Assembly (NCBI GenBank): GCA_963674755.2
Contig: CAXXVS010000001.1
Coordinates: 160,001-224,000, forward strand
Source of the DNA: Desulfobacterales bacterium
GTDB lineage: Bacteria; Desulfobacterota; Desulfobacteria; Desulfobacterales; UBA5852
Direction of reading: 5' to 3'
DNA: 64,000 nt
Part shown: positions 40,425 through 49,915 of the stretch, in pieces
Position numbering within the stretch: position 1 is the stretch's first letter
How the letters are laid out: each line of letters starts with the position of its first letter
Position numbers and translations under genes: made by a program
The notes under the pieces: generated by a model
What the model saw: only the letters and a program-made list of their open reading frames with translations
Databases searched by the model: none
Told to the model about the DNA's origin: nothing

Positions 40425-41300
40425 TTACCCCCGGTAGCGTATCAGCCCCTCCTGGCCCACCGTGGCCACAAGCTTGCCGTCCTGGGTAAAGATTCGTCCG
40501 ATGGCCAGCCCCCGGGCCTTGCAGGCATTGGGGCTTTGCATGGCATAGAGCAGCCATTCGTCCATGCGGAAGTCCCGGTGGATCCACATGGCGTGATCCA
40601 GGCTGGCCACCTGCATGACCGGCTGCCAGAAGGTACGCCCATGGGGGTAGAGGGTGGTGCTCATCAGATTGAAGTCGCTGGCATAGGCCAGCAAATATTG
40701 GTGGGCGGCCGGGTCGTCGGGCATCTTGTCGATGGCCCTGAACCAGACGTATTTGACAGGGGGCTTTTTGTCCGGATGGAAAGGATCCACAGGGTTGACG
40801 TGACGGATCTCGATGGGTTTGCGGCACAAGATCATTTCCCGCAGACCGAGCGGTAGCCGGTCGGAAAGGCGCCGGGCGGCTTCCAACTCGTTTTCCAACC
40901 CTTCTGGGCCGGCCACTTGCGGGGCTTCATCCTGATGATCGAAACCGGGTTCGTCGATTTGGAAAGAGGCCGCCATGTTGAAAATGGCCCGACCCTTTTG
41001 GATGGCCACCACGTTCCGGGTGGTGAAACTACGGCCGTCCCGCAGGCAGTCGACATTATAGACGATGGGTTTGGTGGCATCCCCCGGCCGCATAAAGTAG
41101 GCATGCAAACTGTGGGCGCGCCGTTCGGCCGGCACGGTCTGGCTGGCGGCGGACAGGGCCTGGCCCAACACCTGGCCGCCGAAGACGTTGCCGAAGCCCA
41201 GGTCCTGGCTTTGGCCCCGGAAGATATTCTCTTCGATTTTTTCCAGTTTTAAAAGCTTCAGCAGTTCTTCTAGAACATTGCCATCGACGCATGTTCCCAT
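40425..41300 (-). CDS. tesB: Acyl-CoA thioesterase II
   Basis: VFGGQVLGQAL, HSLHAYF, RDGRSF, LAYASD, ASLDHAMW, QEGLIR. Confidence 0.95.
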   Translation of the reverse strand: MGTCVDGNVLEELLKLLKLEKIEENIFRGQSQDLGFGNVFGGQVLGQALSAASQTVPAERRAHSLHAYFMRPGDATKPIVYNVDCLRDGRSFTTRNVVAIQKGRAIFNMAASFQIDEPGFDHQDEAPQVAGPEGLENELEAARRLSDRLPLGLREMILCRKPIEIRHVNPVDPFHPDKKPPVKYVWFRAIDKMPDDPAAHQYLLAYASDFNLMSTTLYPHGRTFWQPVMQVASLDHAMWIHRDFRMDEWLLYAMQSPNACKARGLAIGRIFTQDGKLVATVGQEGLIRYRG

Positions 41301-41368
41301 GGTGTTGGATTCCTTTTTGATATGCTGTGGGCCGGCTTTTTATGTCATGGGCGCCGCCGGCGATCGTT

Positions 41369-41695
41369 TCACAATTGGTCAAGCAGGTTGTAATATTCCC
41401 TGATTATACGCAGAGATTCCACGGTCATCTGGAACAAGAGCCAACTGAGCACCAGGATGCCGATGGTGAGTACGATCTTCCAGGTCCGGCTCGTTTCCGG
41501 GCGCCACCAGATCAGGGGCAATGCCAAGGGGCCGATGCATGCAACCGCGAAAACAATAAAGGAAGTCCGGAAATACCATGGTATCCTGTCTTTTTCCAGG
41601 CGCGGGGGGGCGACGGCGGAAAGAAATTCGCCGCAGTGTTTACACTTGACGGCCCTGTCCTGAATGTCTTCCGCGCAAAATGGGCATTTTTTCAT
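41369..41695 (-). CDS. Zinc-ribbon membrane protein
   Basis: [23 protein letters not shown] followed by TM helices. Confidence 0.8.
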   Translation of the reverse strand: MKKCPFCAEDIQDRAVKCKHCGEFLSAVAPPRLEKDRIPWYFRTSFIVFAVACIGPLALPLIWWRPETSRTWKIVLTIGILVLSWLLFQMTVESLRIIREYYNLLDQL

Positions 41696-41833
41696 TCTTA
41701 TCCCGGGCGGCCATAACGCCTTGCCAAGAGGTGGGATCGTGTTGCACGAAGTTGCCTTTTCAAATGAAAGTTATGTCATTTTGCCCTCTATATCAATGCT
41801 TTATCAGGTTTTCCGCTAAATGGCGTCGATCCG

Positions 41834-41861
41834 TGTAACTTTTCAGGCAATCCCGGCGAAT
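41834..41861 (+). promoter_or_regulatory. Candidate ECF sigma promoter
   Basis: TGTAAC-17-CGAAT upstream of the spy/cpxP-like and ECF remnants. Confidence 0.4.
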
Positions 41862-41944
41862 TCGGGTTTAAGCGCGCGTCCCTGGCTCCCTGAGGCGGGG
41901 CTTGCAACCCCCCCCGCTTGAAAATTTTTGATCGGGAGGCCACA

Positions 41945-42128
41945 ATGACGGATCTGATTCGATCTGAAGGATATTCTGACGCCGGAGCAGATCGCGCCGT
42001 TGCAGGCGCGACGTCAAGTGGCCATGACACGCCGATCCCAACATGGGCGTTTCCGGCAGGACATGGTGACGACCTGGCGGCAAATGCCGATGGACGGAAC
42101 GGCGGCGGTCCCTGAGCCGGGCCGGTAA
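41945..42128 (+). pseudogene. Spy/CpxP-like gene remnant
   Basis: GGGAGG + ATG 41945, then out-of-frame DLKDILTPEQ (LTxxQ motif, 41961-41990) to stop 42128. Confidence 0.45.
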
Positions 42129-42159
42129 CCGCAAGCCAACCCGAGGGGGGGGTACGCTT

Positions 42160-42510
42160 TTGCGAATGCCCGAAGCGATGGCCAGGCGCGCTGATGGTGA
42201 TGACGACGATCGGCGGATCGTTCAAAGAATTCTGGCCGGCGAAGTGGATGCCTTCGCCATCCTGATGACACGCTACCAGAATTACGTGCTGGCCATCGTA
42301 AAACGGCACGCCCCCCACGACCAGGTCGAGGAGCTGACCCAGGAGGTATTCCTCAAAGCCTTTCAATCCCTGGCCGGTTGGCGGGGCACGGGGCGTTTTC
42401 AGTCCTGGCTGTCGGCCATTGCCGTGCGAACCTGCTACGACTTCTGGCGCCAACGCAAAGAGCGCAGCAAACACTTTCACGGACCCTGGCGGCCTGCGGA
42501 TGATAGCTGA
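42160..42510 (+). pseudogene. ECF sigma factor, truncated after region 2
   Basis: ILAGEVDAFAILMTRY, EELTQEVFLKAF, FQSWLSAIAVRTCYDFWR; no region 4. Confidence 0.75.
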
Positions 42511-42561
42511 ATATCACCCCGGGAATCCCCGGGGCTCATAAAATGCTAACCATTCATCCCG

Positions 42562-42927
42562 GTGGTGCATTGTTTTCTGTCCGACGGCACGCGGCGGGTG
42601 GACCTCACGGAAGGCAACCGTAACGGCAAGAACGGCCCCATCGACACCCTTCTGTTTACCGCCCGGGTTTCTCCGGACATCTCCGAGAAAGAAGAATACC
42701 GGCTCTATCGCCAGGCACTTACAAGCCATGGCCTGCGCCGGAACGACATGGCCGGTATCGACCTCAAAACCATCCTGAAGGCCCGCGAAGGGGCGCTTGC
42801 CCTGCTCAAGGTCAATATGGAGCGAGCAGCAGGCCGAAACCATCTGATCGGTTTTCCCGGCGCTAGGGGGCATGCCGGACCGGCCGTGCAACGGGGCTTT
42901 ATCAGGAGGGGGCTACGGCCGACTTAA
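42562..42927 (+). pseudogene. Hypothetical protein, probably a C-terminal fragment
   Basis: Host-like codon usage but no RBS; directly follows the sigma truncation. Confidence 0.4.
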
Positions 42928-44317
42928 CCTCCGTTACGAGTTCGCTAAAATTTAGGGCGATGTCGCGCTCCCGCTCCAGCCGTTTCATGTAGTAGTAAAC
43001 CGCCAGGCTTTCGTCCGGATGGGATTTCCAGGGATGGCAGTGCAGGCGGCCGGTCTGATGATAGAGGTAGGGGCAGCCGCCCATGCAGGTCGGCAGCAGT
43101 CGGCAGTCCGCGCATTCCAACCGGAAAATGTCGCGCGGGCGCCAGTTTTTCGCATTTCGGCGCATGCGGTTGTCTTCGGCCTGGATCAGGTGCCCCACGG
43201 CGGCTGACGCATCGGAGGCCTCGTTCCAGCATTTGAGAAGCCGGCCGTGCGGCGTGACCACAAAGGCATTGGCCTTTTCGGCCATGCAGTAAGTACTGAT
43301 GGCCCGGGGAGCGCGGTAGGCTGGGAACCCCTGATCGATAAATTTAAGCGTTGTTTCCAGTTCGAGCAGGGAGAAGTCCGCATCCGCCAGGCAATCGCCG
43401 GCCACGTCCAGGCAGACGCCGGTGTACGGGTAGGTCCGTCCGAGGTACGGGTGCACCGCACCGGTCAATCCCTTGTGCGCCACTTGCTGGAGAATGTCGG
43501 GGATGGCCTCGCGGTTGGTCTGGTCCACATTGATGCGCAGGTTGATGGGCACCAGGGGCGCGGCGGCTTCCATATTGGCCAGGATGGCATCGAAGGTGCC
43601 GCTTCCATCGGCCAAGGGCCGCCGTTGGTCGTGAACGGCCGGCGGACCGTCGAGGGTGACCTGGGCATGGTTGACCCGACAGGCCTTGAGCCGCTCGGCC
43701 ATGGGACGATCCAGCAGGTATCCGTTGGTGATGATGTGGGATGCATAGCGGGCCTTGTGTTGATCACATATCCGCCGAAAGGCGGCGGTGAGCCATTCGA
43801 TACGGTTGATCTGCAGCAACGGTTCACCGCCGAACCAGGTGACGGAGAGGGTACCGCCTTCGCCCAACCGTTTTTCGATAAAATGCAGCAGGGCGTCCTC
43901 GACCGCGGGACCTATGGTGGCGGACTGATGCTCCTGGTAGCAGTAGCGACAGCGGAAATTGCAGGCCAGGGTCGGGATAATGGTCAGGCTGAGATGACGG
44001 TTGGCTTGCCGGGCCCGGGTTTGCCCGTTTCGCAGGTAGTCTTTTTCTTGCACCCCGACAGGAATCAGAAACCCCTTTTCCAGGAGTTGTTGATGGAGTC
44101 CATGGAATCGGGGGACAATTGCTATGGCAGGGGCATCCAGCAGCGCTGCGGCCTGCCGTGCTTCGGATGCATCCAGGGCCATCAGGTTCAGGGTAAAGAA
44201 GTTGAAGAAGAGAACCGTGCCATCCGGCAGGGCGGTGCGAAAATTATAGGCCGATGGTTTCAGATGACGGCCGGCGTTTGTTTCGGGCGGCGCTTCGATG
44301 GTGGACCTCCCCCCCAA
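42902..44317 (-). CDS. Radical SAM/SPASM peptide maturase
   Basis: RRE-like N-terminus (PSAYN...FFN...LLEKGFLI), CNFRCRYC, WFGGEPLL, ITNGYLL, QVTLDG, SPASM YCMA...KCW and CADCRLLPTCMGGCP; start uncertain. Confidence 0.92.
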   Translation of the reverse strand: MGGRSTIEAPPETNAGRHLKPSAYNFRTALPDGTVLFFNFFTLNLMALDASEARQAAALLDAPAIAIVPRFHGLHQQLLEKGFLIPVGVQEKDYLRNGQTRARQANRHLSLTIIPTLACNFRCRYCYQEHQSATIGPAVEDALLHFIEKRLGEGGTLSVTWFGGEPLLQINRIEWLTAAFRRICDQHKARYASHIITNGYLLDRPMAERLKACRVNHAQVTLDGPPAVHDQRRPLADGSGTFDAILANMEAAAPLVPINLRINVDQTNREAIPDILQQVAHKGLTGAVHPYLGRTYPYTGVCLDVAGDCLADADFSLLELETTLKFIDQGFPAYRAPRAISTYCMAEKANAFVVTPHGRLLKCWNEASDASAAVGHLIQAEDNRMRRNAKNWRPRDIFRLECADCRLLPTCMGGCPYLYHQTGRLHCHPWKSHPDESLAVYYYMKRLERERDIALNFSELVTEVKSAVAPS

Positions 44318-44341
44318 AGAATTTCCGGGTTGGGGGCCCGA

Positions 44342-45103
44342 TCAATTGGTTTTAGGTTGTACATTGAGCGTCTTCGGCTGGACGGGCTTCCCGCCCATTA
44401 CCTGCTGGGGGGTGATGAAGCGTTTCTGGCGGAGCATGTTCTGCACCTGGAGACCCAATTGCTGGGTGTTGGTGGTGTGGAAATGCTCCATCAGGCCCTG
44501 GACATAGGGGTCGTTGCGGAATTGATTCAACAGGCCGGTTATGTCCGCCTTATTTTTGGCGCAGCCGCTGAGTTCCGGGCATGATTGCGACGTGCACTCA
44601 TTGTCACCGCAGGTATCAAGATTGCCGCATTCCTGACCGTTGCAGTCGTTCGTGCGGCATTCTCCGCCGGTCGTCCCCCCTTCGTCACCATAATCCTGCC
44701 CACTGCAAACATTGGTGGCGCAGGTATCCAAGGCCGGGCACGAATCACCGCCAAAGGCGCCGCAAATGGAAAATTGAGGACAACTGCTGGCGGCATTCGC
44801 ACCGGTGACGCCGCCCAGGGAATGGACGGCGCAACCCATACCCCGGGTGGCACCGGGTATCCCCATGCGGGCGGCCGGCTTCAAAGGGGTAATCCGTCCG
44901 AATTGGCTTTGAAAGACCTTGAGGTCGAAGCCGGACAACTGGACCTTGAGCATTTTTAATTTTGTTTGAGCGCTTTTGGGCAGGGTCCCGGCCTCGGCCG
45001 AGAGCAGGCGCCGGAGATCCAATACGCTGATGCCTGCGGCCAGGGCCACAGTTTTTAAAATATGGTTCAGGGCTTTGCGGCGGTCCATATTCTCGGTGAG
45101 CAT
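44342..45103 (-). CDS. Cys-rich repeat protein with twin-arginine-like leader; putative rSAM substrate
   Basis: MDRRKAL + hydrophobic stretch + AEA; 13 Cys in a central repeat region; immediately upstream of the rSAM. Confidence 0.8.
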   Translation of the reverse strand: MLTENMDRRKALNHILKTVALAAGISVLDLRRLLSAEAGTLPKSAQTKLKMLKVQLSGFDLKVFQSQFGRITPLKPAARMGIPGATRGMGCAVHSLGGVTGANAASSCPQFSICGAFGGDSCPALDTCATNVCSGQDYGDEGGTTGGECRTNDCNGQECGNLDTCGDNECTSQSCPELSGCAKNKADITGLLNQFRNDPYVQGLMEHFHTTNTQQLGLQVQNMLRQKRFITPQQVMGGKPVQPKTLNVQPKTN

Positions 45104-45196
45104 TGGTCATTTCCTTTCTTTTGTGCGGCAAGAATGATGATAGTCAGGTGCTTACCGTCAAGACATCCTTTCGATCTATTTCCCAAGAGCCATGGC

Positions 45197-46969
45197 CTAT
45201 TTGCGAAGCCTTGTGGCACTGAAAATTCCCAGCATGATGAAGATGGCAGAAAAAATATACGGCACGATAGTGAACCCGGTCCCGCCCGGGACCAGCACGG
45301 CCTGTTTGGGTCTGTCGGGATTGTAGTAGACTTGGACGGGTTTGCCTTTCGGGTAGCGGGCAACGATCTGTTGGGCATTGCCGGAGGATGACGAAAATGA
45401 AATTCGGGTATTTTTGTGGCTTTGCCCTCCAACCTGGTATTGATAGGCGATTTTGGGGTATTGCACCGCCTCGGTTTTTTTGCTGCCGTCACTGCCGGCC
45501 GTGCTATCGTGCGCCTCGATTTCTGATCGAACAATGACGCCCTCAGCCGTCGGCCACGTTTTGCTTTCCATGCGGGTTGCATAGGCGTTGTAGCTGAACA
45601 GGGCGATAACGATGCCGATGGCCGGGAAGATGACAGCCCCGGCAAGTTTTTCAGTGGCGGGGGCCATAAACCCGCCGATCAGGAAGAAAACCCCGAACCC
45701 CAGAATGATCAGGCCTGCCAGAACCGCATCCATAAGCAAAGTCACCACACAAATCAGTATGAGTAAAACTCCGGCAATCCGTTTCAACCACCGCTTGGCC
45801 GTTTGGATTTTGGGCGCCATGGCGCCGTCGGCTTTACTGACGAATTCTTTGAAAAGCGCCTTTGTCTCGTCTTCCGAGTAACGCTTCGGCCTTGCGGGAT
45901 CGGAGAAAGTCGGGGGGGCGGCTTCCTTGTTGGGTGTGGAATCGGCCAAAGCGGCATTGGCCGCCGCTACGCTTCCGGGTGCCGACGGACTTGGTTGGGT
46001 CCAGATCCGGGTGTTCATATTCAAATCGTCAACGAGGTCTATGGCCAGCTTCAGGTCGTTGTAATATTCCTGGACGTGGGCGATGTTGAGCAGGCTCTCC
46101 ATGATTTTGGGTTCGAACAACTCTTTTTCGAACGGAATGGCCACATGCAGTTTGGACGCGGAAAAGGAAAGCCGCATGTCTTTGCGGCTGCGGGTGCGAA
46201 ATTCAACGATGCGGCGCATCAGGCTGGTGGAAAGAATATAGCGGGCTTCCACCTGATCCTCGCCGTAGACCACAAATAATTTTTCGAATTCCGGGTCCTC
46301 CATTTTGACCAGTTGGCCGTTCGGAACGTTGAGGGCCTGAAGGGCCTGTCCTAAATCGCCGAACAGTTTCTGGGCCGTGTCCGGCAGGACAATGGTCGTC
46401 CCCTTGAAGGCTTTGTTGAAATCCGCCACAAAAAAGAGGCCTCTGAAAATGGGCGTGTATCTTTTTTTGGTTCGGTGGGTGTTGCTGGCACTTGAACTTT
46501 GCCGGATGATGTCCACCCGCTTGGCGTGAATCTCCGAGAATTGGACGGCGGTCTCTCCCAAGGTGCCGCTTACCAGGTCGTCCCCCCCATACTCACCGGG
46601 GCGGTCCTTGAACAAATGGCTGGCAATGAAATCTTCTTTGGGCACCCTCCCGGCCTTGTCGTATCGTAAGCGCTGATCGACAAAGGCGACGATCCTGGGG
46701 ATAATGGTTTCCTTGAAGCCGGCATGATAGTCCCGGTAATATTTAATGTGCCACGGGAAAAACGTAAAAATGGCGGAGACAATCAGAAACATGAGCAGGA
46801 AGATGGCATTGAGGCCGAATTGGCCGGCAATGAACAGAAAGACCAGATTGACACCCACCAGAAGACATATCGCCTGAATCAATTTTTTCTTTACGGTTAG
46901 CCGCTGGGCCTCCAGCTTCTCCAAATCCGGCAACAGATCGGATTGATAAAATGTTTCCAGCGATTTCAT
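45197..46969 (-). CDS. DUF3137-like membrane protein fused to a DUF3592-like domain
   Basis: FRGLFFVADFNKAFKGTTIV, EDPEFEKLFVVYGEDQVEARYILS; C-terminal WPTAEGVIVRSE...YQYQVGG...VYYNPDRP. Confidence 0.8.
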   Translation of the reverse strand: MKSLETFYQSDLLPDLEKLEAQRLTVKKKLIQAICLLVGVNLVFLFIAGQFGLNAIFLLMFLIVSAIFTFFPWHIKYYRDYHAGFKETIIPRIVAFVDQRLRYDKAGRVPKEDFIASHLFKDRPGEYGGDDLVSGTLGETAVQFSEIHAKRVDIIRQSSSASNTHRTKKRYTPIFRGLFFVADFNKAFKGTTIVLPDTAQKLFGDLGQALQALNVPNGQLVKMEDPEFEKLFVVYGEDQVEARYILSTSLMRRIVEFRTRSRKDMRLSFSASKLHVAIPFEKELFEPKIMESLLNIAHVQEYYNDLKLAIDLVDDLNMNTRIWTQPSPSAPGSVAAANAALADSTPNKEAAPPTFSDPARPKRYSEDETKALFKEFVSKADGAMAPKIQTAKRWLKRIAGVLLILICVVTLLMDAVLAGLIILGFGVFFLIGGFMAPATEKLAGAVIFPAIGIVIALFSYNAYATRMESKTWPTAEGVIVRSEIEAHDSTAGSDGSKKTEAVQYPKIAYQYQVGGQSHKNTRISFSSSSGNAQQIVARYPKGKPVQVYYNPDRPKQAVLVPGGTGFTIVPYIFSAIFIMLGIFSATRLRK

Positions 46970-47028
46970 GATTACTCCCTTTCCGGACGCCATGCTTTCC
47001 AAGACAGGTTGAGATGGGGTTTTCCTAT

Positions 47029-47586
47029 TCAGGTCTCAAAGAGTCGGCCGACATCGACGGGTTGTCCCTCCCGGGCGTCAATTTCGAAAAACACCTTTTG
47101 CTGGTATCGCATCAGACCGGCCACCAGATTGCTGGGAAACATTTCCAGCGCATTGTTGTAGTCTTTCACGGAAGCGTTGTAGGCTCGGCGGGCCGCTGAA
47201 ATTTGTTCCTCCACTTCGTTCAGGGAAGCCTGCAGGTTCAGAAAGTTTTCGCTGGCCTTGAGATCCGGGTAGTTTTCCACGGCCACCATGATCCGGCCCA
47301 GGGCGCTGGATACGGTTTTATCCAGTGCCACGGTTTCGGCCTCGCTCATCTGACCGGAGGTCGCCTTGGTGCGCATGTCGGTCACCTGGGTGAGGACATC
47401 CGCTTCGTGCTTCATGTAGCGCTTCACCATTGCGGTCAGGTTCGGTATGAGATCGAAGCGCTTCTTGAGCAGCACATCTATGCTGGAAAAGGCGTTGGCC
47501 ACCTGGTTTTTCTTGCCCACCAGATTGTTGTAGAGCAAAACAAGAACGAGTACGATCACACAGGCAATGACGATGGCGATAATCAC
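47029..47586 (-). CDS. lemA: LemA family protein
   Basis: YNNLV...IDVLLKKRFDLIPNL, VENYPDLKASENFLNLQ, ARRAYN, FPSNLVA. Confidence 0.93.
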   Translation of the reverse strand: MIIAIVIACVIVLVLVLLYNNLVGKKNQVANAFSSIDVLLKKRFDLIPNLTAMVKRYMKHEADVLTQVTDMRTKATSGQMSEAETVALDKTVSSALGRIMVAVENYPDLKASENFLNLQASLNEVEEQISAARRAYNASVKDYNNALEMFPSNLVAGLMRYQQKVFFEIDAREGQPVDVGRLFET

Positions 47587-47598
47587 AGTTTTCCTCCT

Positions 47599-48201
47599 CT
47601 ATTTAAAAATATCGTTGAAGAGGCTGCGCACGCCCTTGCGGACTTCCTGGATGGTGCTGTCCTTGGCTTCCTCCCGGGCGGCCTGGCCCACATCCTTAGC
47701 GTCATCGGTAACCGCTTCTCCAACCGCCGAGGGCTCCGTTTGCTTCTGGGGCGAGTTGGATGACGATGATGCGCTGGCCTGGCCACTGCAATTGCCGATC
47801 CGCCCGCCGGTGATGTGATTGGTGACCTGCATGTTGCTGCCTGCGATCGCCATGTGCATGGAACCTTCCATGGAATCACCATGATAGGTCACCTCGCCGG
47901 TACCCTCCATCTGACCGCCCTTGCCGCCGCAGACGATTTTCCATGAGATCGTGTCGCCGTTGGTGACAATGTCCGACACCTGGCATTCCTGAGAGGCGCC
48001 TTGACTCATGGGAACCAGATCGTCATTGGTGATGCACTGGGTATGGGTTTCGGGCGGTATCTGCATGTTGGCGGCACCCTGCATTTCAGTTTCGGTGGTA
48101 AATTCCCATTGGCCAGGATTGAGATTTGGTCCGGCCGTGGCAGTGCCGATCGCAAGGAGAATTGACAGCAGCAAAGCGTTCATAAGGTAGCATGTTTTCA
48201 T
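47599..48201 (-). CDS. DUF3617-like exported protein
   Basis: Signal peptide, LNPGQWEFT, TQCIT, WKIVC, GRIGNC; GGAGG RBS. Confidence 0.8.
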   Translation of the reverse strand: MKTCYLMNALLLSILLAIGTATAGPNLNPGQWEFTTETEMQGAANMQIPPETHTQCITNDDLVPMSQGASQECQVSDIVTNGDTISWKIVCGGKGGQMEGTGEVTYHGDSMEGSMHMAIAGSNMQVTNHITGGRIGNCSGQASASSSSNSPQKQTEPSAVGEAVTDDAKDVGQAAREEAKDSTIQEVRKGVRSLFNDIFK

Positions 48202-48226
48202 AGGGACCTCCTTCTGTAGTGAAGAA

Positions 48227-48637
48227 TTATTTACAGACATCCAGTTTGCAGGTTCTTTTGATGTCCTGCTTTTTTATGCGATCGCACAGTTTGCAATCTT
48301 TTTGCAGGAGGGCCAGCCGGTAATAGCACCATCCGTGGACGCCGTCGGCCTTGGGCCAGTAGGTGAGAATATTTTCGCACAGGTCCGGATCGCCGATTTT
48401 TTCAACTTCCTCCTGGTAACACCACGGTCCTGGTCTGTCCGTCTGGGATTGACACATGGCATAAATCGGGTCCTCTTCGGCATGAAATGTCGTTGCCGCC
48501 GCGAGAACCACTAGTATGGCAAGCGCCAGACAGATCCAGCCTGTTCTTCCGAGATTTGAAAACCCATTATGCACTTTTTGTTTAGGCATTTTCCCCACAT
48601 TGCTCCTTTTTTTTTTGGTTTTCCCCCGGTGTACCAC
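48227..48637 (-). CDS. Small Cys-rich membrane-anchored protein
   Basis: TM helix then repeated WCY...D..LC..I units; start uncertain. Confidence 0.65.
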   Translation of the reverse strand: MVHRGKTKKKRSNVGKMPKQKVHNGFSNLGRTGWICLALAILVVLAAATTFHAEEDPIYAMCQSQTDRPGPWCYQEEVEKIGDPDLCENILTYWPKADGVHGWCYYRLALLQKDCKLCDRIKKQDIKRTCKLDVCK

Positions 48638-48693
48638 CCCGCGTGGTCATCCCGGCGGCGGCCGGAAGTTTCACAAAAAGTTCAGCTTGTCTC

Positions 48694-49191
48694 CTAATAC
48701 TTCCCACTTGGCGTATTGCTGGCCGGCTTGGGAGTAATTGGGTCCATGGGCTTGGGGTAAGCCGGGTCCAAGGGCTTGGGGGTCTGCTGGGTTGTGGGCG
48801 TGAGCAAGCGTTTCAAGGTATCGGTATCGTTCCGATCGGGCCGCCCGCTGCTGTCGGTAAAGCGGGTGTGCGTTTTCACCACAAGCGCGTTGCCGGACAG
48901 GCTGATGGTGAGATCGCGCACACAGGAACTATTTTTATAGCAGGTCGCGAGGTGGCCATCCGTATAGGTGCTGGCCGGTTCCCATCCCCAGTCGTAATCC
49001 TTTTTGGGGCGAAGTGGACCCCAGGCATGGACGTGGGCTTTGGAATCAACGACACTGATCTCGATTTTGGTGATGGCTTGGGGGACGGAAGCGAGGTTGA
49101 TCCAGTTGCCGTTGTACAGGTTAAAGTTGGCGGCGAAAAGGGGGCCCGCCATCACGAATAGAATTGTTGCGGTGCTTACGAGATGCCTCAT
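48694..49191 (-). CDS. Hypothetical secreted protein with Pro-rich tail
   Basis: Signal peptide (LFA), GNWIN...ITKIEI...VHAWG...DWG, PKPLDP/PKPMDP repeats. Confidence 0.75.
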   Translation of the reverse strand: MRHLVSTATILFVMAGPLFAANFNLYNGNWINLASVPQAITKIEISVVDSKAHVHAWGPLRPKKDYDWGWEPASTYTDGHLATCYKNSSCVRDLTISLSGNALVVKTHTRFTDSSGRPDRNDTDTLKRLLTPTTQQTPKPLDPAYPKPMDPITPKPASNTPSGKY

Positions 49192-49243
49192 GCTTTTCTC
49201 CCTTCTCGCTGAATTTTAAACTATTGTCGGATTACACGTACGG

Positions 49244-49903
49244 TTACCATGAAGCGACACAGCGATTGTTCCCGCGGTGACGATTGGCTTCATGGAAGGT
49301 GTTATCGGGATCGACATCAACGATGAGTTTGACGTATTGAATCGTGCCGACTTTAAGGCCGTACTCCATTCGTGGAGACAAAACGACCCAATGGCGCTGG
49401 TCAATAGCGGTGCCATCGTTTTTGGCTGATATGACTTCTTGTTCAATCAGGGTGTTATTTTCCCTGTTGACCAACTCGATTCTGATAGGGATTTGTTTGC
49501 CTGGTTCAATGGGTTTTGTGCCGTTGTTTTTCAATGCAACGTTGAAGGAGAGTATCGTGAGCGTGTGCTTACCGACCGTTGTGATGGTGCGGTTGACAAC
49601 CTTTGTATCGTGCAGCTTTGCGGCGAGATCATATTCAGGTATATCCAATTTTTTGACGGGCGGTTTATCGACCTGCTGGTATTCCTTCGCGGGCGCCCCC
49701 GATGGCAAGGGCACGGTCTTGGTTGTTTCCCCTGGGAGAACTTTTCCCGCGGGGACAGTGGTTGTTTTCCCAGAGATGGGTTTGTCTGTGACGGTTTGGC
49801 TTGCCGCCAGGGCGGAGGAGACGATTACGCCGTTCAACAGGAAAAGCAACCCCGCCAGCGCGACCACGGGAAAATACTGCTTGATTAAAGATGGGTTGGA
49901 CAT
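49244..49903 (-). CDS. Secreted protein with CARDB/Ig-like domain
   Basis: Signal peptide (ALA); YDL, LKNNGT, VDVDPDNTFHEANRHRGNN; GGAGG RBS. Confidence 0.7.
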   Translation of the reverse strand: MSNPSLIKQYFPVVALAGLLFLLNGVIVSSALAASQTVTDKPISGKTTTVPAGKVLPGETTKTVPLPSGAPAKEYQQVDKPPVKKLDIPEYDLAAKLHDTKVVNRTITTVGKHTLTILSFNVALKNNGTKPIEPGKQIPIRIELVNRENNTLIEQEVISAKNDGTAIDQRHWVVLSPRMEYGLKVGTIQYVKLIVDVDPDNTFHEANRHRGNNRCVASW

Positions 49904-49915
49904 GGTTTCCTCCTA

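Noticed and set aside
41731..41746. sigma54 promoter (TGGGATCGTGTTGCA)
   Set aside because: GG-to-GC spacing is 9 nt, not the required 10.
42508..42550. TGA readthrough or selenocysteine restoring the ECF sigma factor
   Set aside because: The frame after TGA gives a few unrelated residues and another stop; no region 4.
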